Made by a program: the position numbers and the translations under genes. A DNA stretch of 60,591 nt, counting the filler, from Dugesia japonica (taxonomy: Eukaryota), in the NCBI GenBank assembly GCA_001938525.1. It is 5 parts of 5 records of this genome, joined end to end, with 100 filler letters (N's around TTAATTAATTAA, not from the genome) between each part and the next. Parts side by side here need not be neighbours in the genome. Positions count along the whole stretch, not along the records: positions 36,770 to 46,555 come from MQRL01564510.1; positions 46,656 to 60,591 come from MQRL01626046.1; 3 more parts are not named here. One strand, written 5' to 3'. The notes below the pieces were generated by a model. That model was not told the DNA's origin, made no database searches, and was given only the letters and a program-made list of their open reading frames with translations. The stretch's first letter is position 1, and every line of letters begins with the position of its first letter. Below, in pieces: positions 41,668 to 53,397 of the stretch.

Positions 41668-42284
41668 GTAAAACAAGATATTATAATAAAGATTTTCGAG
41701 GCATTCCCAATTACTCTTGCCTCAGTTTAAGAGGCTCTGCTACTACAAATGAAAAATTTTTAATCACTATATTTTAATAAAAGATTTAAAATTAATCTTT
41801 TTACATATTTTTTAAAATGTGTACTTTTCTCCATTATTTCTCTATAAAAGTATCTATTTATTTCGACCAAAATGCATAAATGGTTTTAACAAAATTAAAA
41901 TTTTATTGAAAAATTTTCACCCACATTTCTTGAAATTTTTCTGAAAATGTTCCCAGATTATGATTTCTCTCTAAATTAAAATGAAATAAACTAAAAGTCG
42001 TTCAGTTTAGTCAAAACAAATTTTAAAAAAAATATTAGATTATTATGAATGATTATAATAAAAATTTTTGTTTTTCCAACGAATAATAATAATCAAAAAT
42101 AAAATAAATTTGTTTATTTATAATGTTAATTATAAGTTCAAAATTTAAATTAATATTTAAAGAATATTTTTTATTAATTTAAATTTTAAAAAAATATTTA
42201 ATATTTCAATNNNNNNNNNNNNNNNNNNNNNNNNNNNNNNNNNNNNNNNNNNNNNNNNNNNNNNNNNNNNNNNNNNNNNNNNNN

Positions 42285-43065
42285 CTAAGTGGAGATCGAA
42301 TTTTTCAGCGAAGTTTTCAGCTATGGAAAGTGAATATTCGTTCTTAGTAGAAATTAGTTTCAAAGTTATTATAGCATTATAAATTTTTGTTCTGTCGTTT
42401 AAAATAATTTAAATTCCTTTTCCAAATTTATTTCAGAAGAGCGTCCTTTCCACATTTTAATTTAATGTTTTCAATAGCTTAATTTAACTTATCAATAAGT
42501 GATTGTTAAATAGTATTCCTAACAGGCGATTTACGAAAACAATTGACTACCGTACAAATATTTAGTAAGACTTTATGAATTTGTCAATAGTTAAGCTAAA
42601 TTTATTTTCTTTATATTATTTTCTTGGAGTATTTCTTGAATTGATTTTGCCTCAATGTCTTCTTAGAATGTATGCACTAATTTCATTACATGACTTGAGT
42701 TTTTATTAAGATGGAACCTTTGATTTGTGAGAGAATCTAGAATAAAAGACAAATTTGTAATTCCTTAATTGAGAATCCATTTTTTGCTTCTAGCAATAAA
42801 TTCATTTAAATGACGTTTATTTTGTGTGTAATCAAATATACTTTTTTGTACATTTTTTGTAATTTATCTGTTGGCGTTTTTTCTAAATCTTCAAGAATTT
42901 CTCTTTATAATTTCAACAGATTAACTTCATATACCTTTTTCAAATGACTAATTAAACACCTGGTAGATGATTCCTTACATTTCAAATATTTCGAACATTT
43001 TTTAAATTTCGCTATCTCATTTTTCATAATATTTCCACACTTCAGAACTTTTCTTCAACATTTTA
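42285..43065 (-). mobile_element. Decayed hAT transposase 5' part (BED finger)
   Basis: MLKKSSEVWKYYEK...KCSKYLKCKESSTRCLISHLK; NGFSI motif downstream; many stops. Confidence 0.6.
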
Positions 43066-43559
43066 ATTAAATTGTATTAAATAGTTGAAATGTAATTAAT
43101 GAAGCAAATTTATTAAAATAAATATAAAATTTTATTAAATAAAAAGTGTACTGTGTAGCATAAAAGAATATGAAAATAAAAGAATATCTTTACTAGATTC
43201 AGATATTTTCATAAAAAATAAAAATAAAAATATACTAGTTCAGTAGGAGTTCGGGGAAATTGTTGGGTATTATGGATATTATATCTAGATTGGAATAAAT
43301 ATTCTTTCAGGAATTTTATCAATTGTTCAACTTTTGATTTCAGTGATAGAGTTGTCGATTTTCAATGNNNNNNNNNNNNNNNNNNNNNNNNNNNNNNNNN
43401 NNNNNNNNNNNNNNNNNNNNNNNNNNNNNNNNNNNNNNNNNNNNNNNNNNNNNNNNNNNNNNNNNNNNNNNTTTGCATTTTATGTCACAAATAAATTAAT
43501 TAAGAATGAATATTTGAGGTTATATATAAAGATATAAGAAAGTTGCATTAATTCTCGCC

Positions 43560-44010
43560 GTTTATTATTTATTTATTTATTTTTACATAACATTTCATTC
43601 AAAGTAGCGTCCATCATTGCTAACAACATTTTCTCAACTTTCTGGTAACAAATGAATTCCACGATAAAAAAATTTCTTCCTTGGAATTTACCCAATCGTC
43701 CAGCCATTTCTGTACATCATAATGGTTGTTGAAGTGCTATTCACAAAAGTCATGTTTCATTGAGCGCAATGAAACTTGGTGATAATCACTTGGTGTGATG
43801 TCTGGTGAGTATGGTAGGTGAAGTAAAACTTCCCATCTGAATTCTGTTATCGTATTCCTCACTAAACTCGAAGTGTAGGGTCGAGTATCATCATGATGTG
43901 ACATCATGGTCTCATATCTATTGGAATAGTCTGGTCATTTTTTGTACAATGCTTGCCTCAATTTTATTAATTGTTGTTGATAACGCTGACCATCTACCGT
44001 TTCACGTTTG
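43560..44010 (-). mobile_element. Mariner 3' fragment
   Basis: ETVDGQRYQQQL...HHDDTRPY...YSPDITPSDY remnants. Confidence 0.7.
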
Positions 44011-44011
44011 T

Positions 44012-46411
44012 TCAGAAGCTTAAAATAAATAATGTCCATTTGCCTTGTGCTATTGTCTTGTGATCTGTTCTCACCAAAAGTCTTTTTCGATACAAATATC
44101 GTTTAAAATGGTTACAAAAATAGTAAATGGTCAATAATTCCTTTCTTGTTATACCATATCCTTTTTCATGATCTGATATTGCATGTGACCCATATGCAAT
44201 GACTTCTACTAAACCATTTTCATTTATTTGCGATAAAACTGCTTCAATTGCATCAAAACTCGCATCTGTGTCTAGTACAAACATCTTTTTGATATCTGGG
44301 AAGCTCAATATCGGTGCTTTTGGTAATGTCTCTTTTATCTCATTAAAAGCTTTATCACAATTTTTAGACCACACAAATTTTTTATTGTTACTTCTACATA
44401 GCTCTTCCAAGCTTCTAGCTTTCTTTCAGTAATTATTGATAAATCGTCTATAGTAATTGCATATTCCCAAAAGCTTCTTAAGTTCTTCACACATTTAGGT
44501 CTTCCAAAATTTTTTATCGCTTCAATTTTTGTTGGATCAGTTTGGACTTCATTCTTGTCTATGACTTGTCCAACAAATTTGACTTCTGCTGGCAATAAAT
44601 GAAATTTTTCTGGATTAATTCTCAACCCTGATTGTTGAATTCTTTTAAAAATTAGGTCTAAAATTTTATAGTGCTGCTCTAAAGTTTCTGAAAATATCAA
44701 TATATCATCCCTGTATACCATTGTTCCTCTAAATCTTCCTAATACTTTTGTCATTAGTTCTTGAAACGTTCCAGGTGCTGCAGCTTTACCAAAAATCATT
44801 TTTGTGAAACAATACTGTCCAATTTTTGTAGAAAATTCTGTTTTCTCTTGTGAATCTTTATGTAACGGAACTTGATAATATGCATTACCCAAATCAATAG
44901 TACTAAAATATTTTGCACCACTCAAATCGTCTAGTATTTCCTCTACATTTGGCATCAAAAATGCCTGTTTTTCTGTGATTGCATTCAGTTTTCTGAAATC
45001 TAGACATGATCTATCGTCTTTCCTTTTTTTTCCAACAAATATTAACCGAGTGTTCCATTGAGAATTACACTTCCTAATAATGCCATAGTCAAAAAAATTC
45101 TTGATAGCTTCATCGATATTATTCTCTAAATGCATTGGTTGTCTCCATGGTTTCGTATTTATTGGTTCTTCATTTGTAATTATTTGATGTTCTGCCGATA
45201 TCCCAGTTGTCTGCCATGAATATATCTTTATGAATCATTATAACTTTCTCTAAATTCTCATTTGGCTTGTTAATCAATATTTTTATTNNNNNNNNNNNNN
45301 NNNNNNNNNNNNNNNNNNNNNNNNNNNNNNNNNNNNNCTGTTTTCTCTTGTGAATCTTTATGTAACGGAACTTGATAATATGCATTACACAAATCAATAG
45401 TACTAAAATATTTTGCACCACTCAAATCGTCTAGTATTTCCTCTACATTGGACATCAAAAATGCCTTGTTTTCTGTGATGGCATTCAGTTTTCTAAAATC
45501 TAGACATGATCTATCGTCTTTCCTTTTTATTCCAACAAATATTAACCGAGTGTTCCATTGAGAATTACACTTCCTAATAATGCTATAGTCAAAAAATTTT
45601 TTGATAGCTTCATCGATATTATTCTCTAAATGCATTGGTTGTCTCCATGGTTTCATATTTATTGGTTCTTCATTTGTAATTATTTGATGTTCTGCCGATA
45701 TCCCAGTTGTCTTCCATGAATATATCTTTATGAATCATTATAACTTTCTCTAAATTCTCATTTGGCTTGTTAATCAATATTTTTATTNNTCTCTATACTC
45801 TCTTTTCATCCGTTGTATTACGTCCATACTTTGCTTTTATATTACAAAGACACATTTATTTCTTCAGTTTTTACTTCGTCTTGTATGTCTTCCAATTCTT
45901 TTATTGTTTTAAATACATCGTCTACTTTTTCTATTTTTCCTGATTTGATTTTATGTTTGATCTTTTTGTCGTTGTAACTATTTATTATTAGCTCTTTTGT
46001 TAAGTTCTCATTGTTCCATTTATAAGCCATTAACTTTTCTACCAATCCTTCAATCTTCTTCTTATCGATATTTATATGCTCTCCATTCCTTCGATAATTT
46101 AGAGCTTTCTCCATATCTTTAATCATTGTTGATGGCTTAAAGAAAGCCTTTGTGAATCTTTCTTCAAATCCCAATGATTCGTCTTCATTTTTAAAGATTT
46201 CACACAGTTCTTTATCTATGAAAGCAACTACAAACCAACTCCTTTGGCCTTTCTTTGTTCTGTTTATATTAAAATACTTCGTTGTCGTCAGGATAAATGT
46301 TTCGATATCATCGCCCAATTTGAAAATTCTGGGGTTTATGGCTTCTTTTAGCAAATCTAATGATGCGTTGGTCGCCATATAAGTTAAATTCCAAACCTCA
46401 GAACTCTCCAT
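44012..46411 (-). mobile_element. Gypsy LTR retrotransposon remnant: gag (45842-46411), RT (44335-45135), RNase H (44012-44410); protease deleted; RT start duplicated across a gap
   Basis: CLDFRKLN, FSTIDLGNAYYQV, YRDD (degenerate YLDD), LDTDAS, EL, RTDHK. PBS-like TGGCGACCA at ~46369-46377. Confidence 0.9.
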
Positions 46412-46555
46412 AAATTGTATTTATTATTACAAGTGTATTTGATTAAAATAAAAATTATGTCAAGAATAATTCATAGTATTAAAACAAATAATCTGAGAAA
46501 TTTTTCAATAAAACAATAATTAATAAATATTCTACTTTACATAAAAATTTATAAA

Positions 46556-46655
46556 NNNNNNNNNNNNNNNNNNNNNNNNNNNNNNNNNNNNNNNNNNNNT
46601 TAATTAATTAANNNNNNNNNNNNNNNNNNNNNNNNNNNNNNNNNNNNNNNNNNNN
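46556..46655. other. Artificial contig linker
   Basis: N44-TTAATTAATTAA-N44. Confidence 0.9.
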
Positions 46656-46760
46656 CTGATCAAAAAAAAAATTTGATCCCAAAAATCATACCACCAAAAA
46701 TAGTGCCCTCATCGTAATGTGTTTCCGAATGTGCGGGCAGTGTGCCGCTATCCCCCTACT

Positions 46761-47010
46761 TACATGATCCACGTAAGTGACTTCCTCCTCAGCCCATTTA
46801 CATTTTGTATGTTTTAATTAAATATTTGCTTTTTCTTATCTAGTAAACACCTCTTCCAAATTTCCGAGATGTTCATTGAAAGTTTCTGAGAAGACTAATA
46901 TGTCATCACTGTACACCATAGCGAATGGTACATCTTCTTAAATTTTATTCATAATTCTTTGAAATGTTTCCGGAGCTCCTGTGCCACCAAATGGCATTAG
47001 ATTATAAGTA
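46761..47010 (-). mobile_element. Gypsy RT fragment between two AGTAG-type termini
   Basis: MPFGGTGAPETFQRIMN...VYSDDILVFS...KC. Confidence 0.75.
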
Positions 47011-48749
47011 GGTACATAGTAGTGCCTCAAAACACTAGCAGTTATCACGGACCCCCCGGGGGGGTGGCTCAGAAACACATTACGATTGTGCTAAGATTTT
47101 TTGTGCGATGATTTCTTGGTTAGTTTTTTTTCTAAGATTTTGTAATCAAAGATTTTTTGATCCTGGTGGTGAAGTGTGTGTGTACTTTTAAATTTTAAAA
47201 TTTGTGTGTGTTTGGCTTGCTAAGGCGGTTTTTAAACAGTAGGTCAAGTTGAGTGTGCGTGGTTGTGTGTGTGTGTGTGTGAAAGAAGGGTTTTGGACTC
47301 GAGGAGGAGTTGGAGATCTTGGAAATAATTTTTTGGAGTTTTTAAAATTTGGTTGTTGTTGGACAAAAATTTGGTGGATATACTGTCTAAAGAACTTATG
47401 GTGTTGGATGGATGGATTTGGCTAGAAGTGTGGTAGCGCATCAGATCAGTCATTTGAGTTATCGTGGGTGTGTTTTTTGGGAGGCTGTAAGTTTCTATGT
47501 GGTAGATGTAATTTGTTGGTTGATGTGTTGTTGGAGAGGTAATGGGATGGAAAAGATTTTGTATGTCAAAAGTGCTTTGATATTTTATTTTAAGGGCTTG
47601 AATTTGATTGGTTGATTTTTGTAAGTAGTATAAGTGTGTTAAAAAAATTTTTCGGGAGGTGGACAAAGGTATGTGTGGAATGACAATTAATTATCGGATT
47701 TTTTAAGATTTATTGCAAATATTTTAGGCTGGAGTGTATGACGTCATAATCTTTTGAAATCTTTATTTTAGTTAAAATGATGAATTTATTGAAAGTTTTG
47801 ACTTGCATACCTATTGCATTTATTTTTTAAAAAATCAATAAAATTCCCAGGCACGTGTTGCTGTGTTGCATTCTTGATTTTTTTATATTATTTCCAGATA
47901 TAGGTCAGTCTAAAATTAACATGATAAAATATTCAAATAAAATTTTTTCTTTACAAGATGATAAAAAACATATAATTTTTTCATAAAAAACATATTAGTT
48001 ATGTAATTTGCTATAAAAAATATATTACTTTTGACAGATTTTTAAAAACAACATATTACTAGTGACAATTTTCTTTAAAAAACATATTAGTAGTAGCAAT
48101 TTTTCTATAAAAATCTCACTAGTCATGCATTTTTTAATAAAAATATATTAGTCATGCAATATTTGTTATAATAAACATATTAATTGAGAGCATTTCTTAG
48201 AACAAAATGATAAAAACATAGAACTGTTTTCATAAAAATCATAATTTCATGAAACCTTTTCATATATAACTAATAAGTCTATATAAAAAAACTTTTATAG
48301 GGTTTATGAGTATATTATTTGTATTATTTACATAGCAGAGTAATATTTATATAGCAAATCTATATTTCAAGGTTTATGAGTATAGTATTTACATATTAAC
48401 CGTGTAAAAAGAGGTCGCCATGTAAAATGCATGTTCATGAAATTAAAGCCTTATTTATTTACTAATTATAAACAAATAAAAGAAAACAATTATCCAATAA
48501 AACATTTATTAATATAGCATTTATTAATTAAACCTTTTTTTCTCATATTCTTGAGTCATCTTCAAAAAATTTTTCTTTTAAAATTTCATAATGGTTCTTG
48601 TTTTCATTGAACGGGAAATCCGATTGAAGTTCTATGTTGAAATTGTTCATAACTTGAAACATGTCTATTCCGGTTGTCTGCAATAAATGATTGAAATATT
48701 CATTCATCATCAACTGCATATATTCATGAAGAAGTTCTAAATTTCTAGG

Positions 48750-49480
48750 TTAAAGGATGCTATTACAATTTGTATTAGAGCTTGATCAGGAAGATAAATA
48801 GGGTTGGTCTCAAAATTGATTTTGAAACCAACATCGACATTAGATTGAAGTTGAAATTCTTGGCAGCTTTAGCGTTTGTTCCAATCGATGATGCGAAGAA
48901 CGTTTTTGATCATCTGGCAACTACATTTCCTGATGAACTTCCCGACCAAAAAATTCGACCAACCAAATCGAAATCGAAAAGCTTTTCATGAATTTTTATC
49001 GACCAATCAAAATGCTTCAATTTTCAAAATACTTGGTAGCGAGAAGGGAGGGATTTTCCAATGCGATACTATTTACCTACTAACATGCATTGAAGGTTAA
49101 GGAGGTAGAGATCCTCAGTTTCCAATCAGGGTTTGGAATCATCACGAGACAGCAACAGAAGGGTAACCTAAGACTACAAACTGTTGCTAGGGCTTCCATA
49201 ATGTACTCAATGCTTTACTGTAATGTAGTAATCCCAGTATTTGGTATTTGTTTGATGGTCTTTAAACGTACATTAACTGTCATAGGCTTACTCTAGCCAA
49301 TGCACAAACATGTTGTCCAGAATTAAAAGGATAGAAATATCAATATCTCCAAGGGATAGTTTCAAACATTGTGCAGCGATATCAAGTGAAACAGGATAAG
49401 ATGAAATATTTGAGAAGATTAGCCAACTTGCAGTAGTAACAAGGTCTGATAAAACAGTAATTACTATATAATGTAATTCA
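48750..49480 (+). mobile_element. MULE/Mutator transposase C-terminal remnant
   Basis: GCYY...LIRKINRVGLK...LAALAFVP; later WNHHE...PKTTNCC*GFHNVLN...PSIW, typical of MULE transposases. Confidence 0.75.
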
Positions 49481-50845
49481 GAGTGTCAAATCTTCTAATT
49501 ATTTACATTTTTTATGAAAAATGTTGATTTTTAAGTATATTTTATGTTTTACTTTTTTTACTTATTTTATTAGTAGATAGATATGTCAGCACGGAAACAG
49601 TAACCCCCTTCGCCTCCGTCGACTGTTTTTGACAAGTTGGCTGTTTTGTCATTTTTCTCACGTGGGATTTTGATTGGACATAACGAATACATGAAAAATC
49701 TTTTTGAATTCCGGTTGGAATGTTCGAATTTTCATCGGTAAGATTGAATATCGAAAATTTATTTTTTAAATTTTTCGGTCAAATTTTTTCGTCTGGTTTC
49801 AAATCTGCTATCGATTGTCTTAGAATTAAAAGGTGAACATTTTGTATATGATTTCCTTATGAATATTCTTGGTTCTCTCAGAAAAGGTATGTCAACACAG
49901 GAACACTTTGACTTGTTTTTTAAATTTCTTGATCAAAACTTTTCGTGTCACTTTGTAAATAGTACTATTCGATTCAGAATAAAACTCTAAACATATTTTG
50001 TAAAAGGTTTGTTGTAAAAATATGCTTTGTTCAAAAGATAGAAAATGGTCAGGTACCATGTCCCACCTTGGATAAAAAATTATTAACTCTGAAAATACAT
50101 ATGATAATCAAACAAGTTTGATATCGTTGAACTCAGAATAAAAAACTGAACATATTTCATAAAGGGTTTGTAGTATAAAAATGTTTCGTTCAAGAAATAA
50201 TATATATAATTATATAATTAATTATAAATTATAACTATAATTAGATTAATAATAATATTTTTAAAATAGTTTTTTAAACAATTCAACTCAGAAATAAAAA
50301 CTCTATAGAAATTCAATTTTAATTTTCTTAAAACAATTTTTGGTCTTAGTGAAAATAAAAACATTATTGATATAACAAGATTTATTTCAATAAATAGTTA
50401 ATCTTAAAATATAAATGCATTTAATTATTGAAATAATAATTAATAAAATACTATATGTTATCGCTTTGATCAATGGGTTATCATGAATCGTTAATTTTTC
50501 ACGTAAAATATCAGTCAAGTCAACTTCTTTCTTTACTTAAACTGGTTTCCTGGTAACTGAATAATTATTATCGATATACTCTACCATACTATCTATAATT
50601 TTTATCAATATTCATTGTCAATAAGTTGAACAATTTACTTTTCGTTTATATTATTTAAAATCAAAATCAATTAATATACACACACATACATAGAAATAAA
50701 ATATTTTCATGACATCATAGGGCCAAAAGTTATACAAAAGGTAATTAATCATACATATTACATAATCTAAAGCATTAAAAATCATGTACACACATAAATA
50801 GTTACTTTATAAACCAAGTCAATATACAATATTTCATTAATAAAA

Positions 50846-51656
50846 ATGCAAGAATCGAAGGATACTGCAGCAACAATTTGTTTCTAATCGAAAAAGACCT
50901 ACTTCGACAAAACAATTACTTATTCGTTTCAAGTAACATTTACTTTTATAAGTACAATTATTAATTTTCATTTAGAAACAAGTAAATATACTCAAATCGA
51001 AATATACCTTGCAGTTAACGAACTTTAACAAGGCTGATCAAACGGCTATTAACGATATTCTATCAAAAATTGACAATACCATGTTAATAAAAGATAGTGC
51101 TTTCATTGATTCAAAGAAAATAATCATCAAAAATTGTGTGATAATAGTAGATATACTAGGATATAAGAAAATTGGTGATGTCACAAAACCTATTTGCGAA
51201 TTTAAAAAGGCTGAAATATGCATGCAACAAGTTATCCTTACCAAAGACAATGTTATGACAATTGTAATTGATTCTGGAACGCCACGAGATTATTACCAGT
51301 TCTAGATAAGGTTTTTCCTAAAGCCGATTATTTATGCATTCCAAGTATAATTTGAAACTATTATTACTGTTATTATTATAATTTAGGAACCGGTTATACT
51401 AAAAAGATGTCCATTCAGTTTGCAAATATTGGAAATCAGTATAGAGGATAAGACAATAATCAAAAATCTTTTATCAAGAATTGATAATATGTTGAAAATA
51501 GATAATGCATCATTCATAAATGATTAGGAATCGAATGAAAATAGCTATCCAAGTGATAAAAACTACTTGATAACTGCAATATTCAAAGGATTCAAAAGAT
51601 ACAACGACACAATTAGTCCTGTTTGGAAGATAAAAACTTTTCAAGATTTTGATTGA
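50846..51656 (+). pseudogene. Unknown internally duplicated two-domain gene (or tandem gene pair) with introns 50933-50975 and 51345-51386
   Basis: Phase-0 GT-AG introns after TYSFQ and IYAFQ. Repeats LQLTNFNKADQTAINDILSKIDNTMLIKDSAFID and LQILEISIEDKTIIKNLLSRIDNMLKIDNASFIND align. Three in-frame stops. Confidence 0.6.
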
Positions 51657-51858
51657 TAAATGTTTTAAACCCTATTTTGTTTATTTGTTTTCATTTAGTT
51701 ATNNNNNNNNNNNNNNNNNNNNNNNNNNNNNNNNNNNNNNNNNNNNNNNNNNCACTACTTTGTTAATTTTTATTAATGGTATAAATTAAAGCACAATTCG
51801 AAATAGCAAGATTTTGTAATATCACATTTTATTGTTGTTTTCATGCATTTGTATTGCA

Positions 51859-52045
51859 CTAGTTTTGTATTTTCTGGATTAAAATTTTCAAATCTGAAAT
51901 TATATTATAAACTTGATTTTGATAATATAAACTCTTGAGACCGAGTATTACAACTTTTCCACTAGCAAATACATTAACACAAGTAGGATTGTAGTTAGTA
52001 AGTCTCAATGCTGAAAATGATTCGGGTTCATACACACACTTGGTT
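51859..52045 (-). pseudogene. Divergent TATA-box binding protein (TBP)-like C-terminal repeat, 5'-truncated
   Basis: YEPESFSALRLTNYNPTCVNVFASGKVVILGLK versus canonical TBP repeat 2 [34 protein letters not shown]. Confidence 0.7.
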
Positions 52046-52049
52046 ATTC

Positions 52050-52880
52050 TTGCTGCCATTTAGAATTATGTGATTTTGGTCCCCTCTTCATCTTCTTTAT
52101 TTTTTCTATTTTTTCTTCTATTTTATGCCATTCCTGTTTTTCTTCGGTTGGTGGCAATGTTCGTTGGCCTTGGTATTCATTAAACACGGCTTCCTTTAGA
52201 TGAGCTAATTGACGACCTTGGTAATCAACTTTGTATATCAGGGTTGATGTACCTGTATGACATGATCCATCTGCTGTCTTGCAGTATGATCTCCCTTTCA
52301 TAGTCAAGTCTTTGCGTCGAAGAATGGTTCATATTCTTTGAGTTCTACTGTATAAGTCTCGATCGCTACGGCAAATTACCATACTTTACCTCTTATGATA
52401 TATGTTCCGTATTCGCAGTTGCCCTTATGTGAAGATATGCTACCCGCTGCTTATATCAGTTGGTCAATTACATGGCCTTTTTTGTTGAGGACTTGAGCTC
52501 CGGGTTTGATAGTAATTTTACCTGTTGTGAATCCTTCTTCACATTGCTGTCCTGTCAAGTGTACAGGATGTTTTACTGTCCCTGGATTAATTATCGATGT
52601 GTAACTGTGGTAACCGCAATGAAATATGAATGTCTTCACTGTCACTATGCATTCGTGTATTTGAGACTTATATTAATCTGATTCCTGATACAAATGGTAA
52701 ACTGAGTTATTTCGGAGTGAGATTTTTTCTGGATTTGCATCTGGATATTCCTCTGTGTCTATTAATGAGAATATCTGTTTTCCCACTTGCATACCATCAC
52801 AATAATATACCAATATGGCTTCACTTCTGCCCATCATTAAGAATAACAAAAATATCGAAGTGGTTAAAGCTTGCCAAGAA
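52050..52880 (-). pseudogene. Envelope glycoprotein, chuvirus-G-like (class III fusogen), N-terminal ~270 aa
   Basis: Signal peptide SIFLLFLMMGRSEA|ILVYYCDG...FSLIDTEE...LYQ...ECIVTVKTFIFHCGYHSYTSI...QQCEEGFTTG...AGSISSHKGNCEYG...W..AV...YCKTADGSCHTG. The Cys/motif spacing matches the chuvirus-like glycoprotein pattern (GYDC...SLL...LLQ...C...YCGMHSH...C...G.C...W.NVV...C...G.C) as I recall it. Confidence 0.65.
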
Positions 52881-52979
52881 TTTCGTTGAGGCAGTCGTGT
52901 CCACCCAATTTCAATTTAATTTAGTTGATCTCATACGATTCAGATTACTCTAGTTTCGCTTTCATAGGATGGCTGTGGC

Positions 52980-53397
52980 TTAAGGCATATTGCCTCAATA
53001 AACTTTTTCCAGCCCCCGTGTTGCTTTATTAGCGGTACAATTTTATTCTGCATCAGATCTACTATGGGTAGCTTACTGAGAATGAAGTTTTTTGACGGCT
53101 TACTTCTGGTTATAGATAAATGTGTTTGATTGATCAAATATGCGATAGATACTAATATCCTTCTTTTGTTGGCTCATCTTGTAATAATTCATCTAATACT
53201 CCCCTCAGGTTATCTCTCGTACCATAGCTGGTACCTTTATTAGCGGGAAATTTCTTGATGGCCGATTCCAATTCCTTTACCAATGGTCTGAGACTGTCAG
53301 ATAGCTGGAATTTCCCAATCCTTATTTTCAGTTCCGGATATAACATTAATAACAATTGTCGGATCACTATTTCTGTTGGCATATCGTCCTCTGCCAA
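52980..53397 (-). pseudogene. Bcl-2-family domain split by a 1-nt frameshift at ~53162
   Basis: BH3-like LSDSLRPLVKELE. BH1-like LRGVLDELLQDEPTK(G)RILVSIAY, restored by one G (AAA G[G]A AGG ATA TTA). BH2-like IVPLIKQHGGWKKFIEAI. Confidence 0.75.

Larger units (their letters stand above)
49572..52050 (+). mobile_element. Maverick/Polinton-like terminal region plus adjacent cargo genes
   Basis: Starts AGTAGATAGATA. 49572-50340 is homologous to 18157-19335. Followed by small decayed genes, including a TBP-like fragment. No core Maverick gene (pPolB, integrase, ATPase, capsid) is visible. Confidence 0.4.

Noticed and set aside
47244-47666. 140-aa Thr/His/Gln-rich ORF
   Set aside because: Arises from a GT-rich strand-biased repeat region near an AGTAG terminus; no domain recognised.
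51859-52307. Functional Env-TBP fusion
   Set aside because: The two ORFs are in different frames and both are truncated at the junction, which looks like a deletion or insertion breakpoint.
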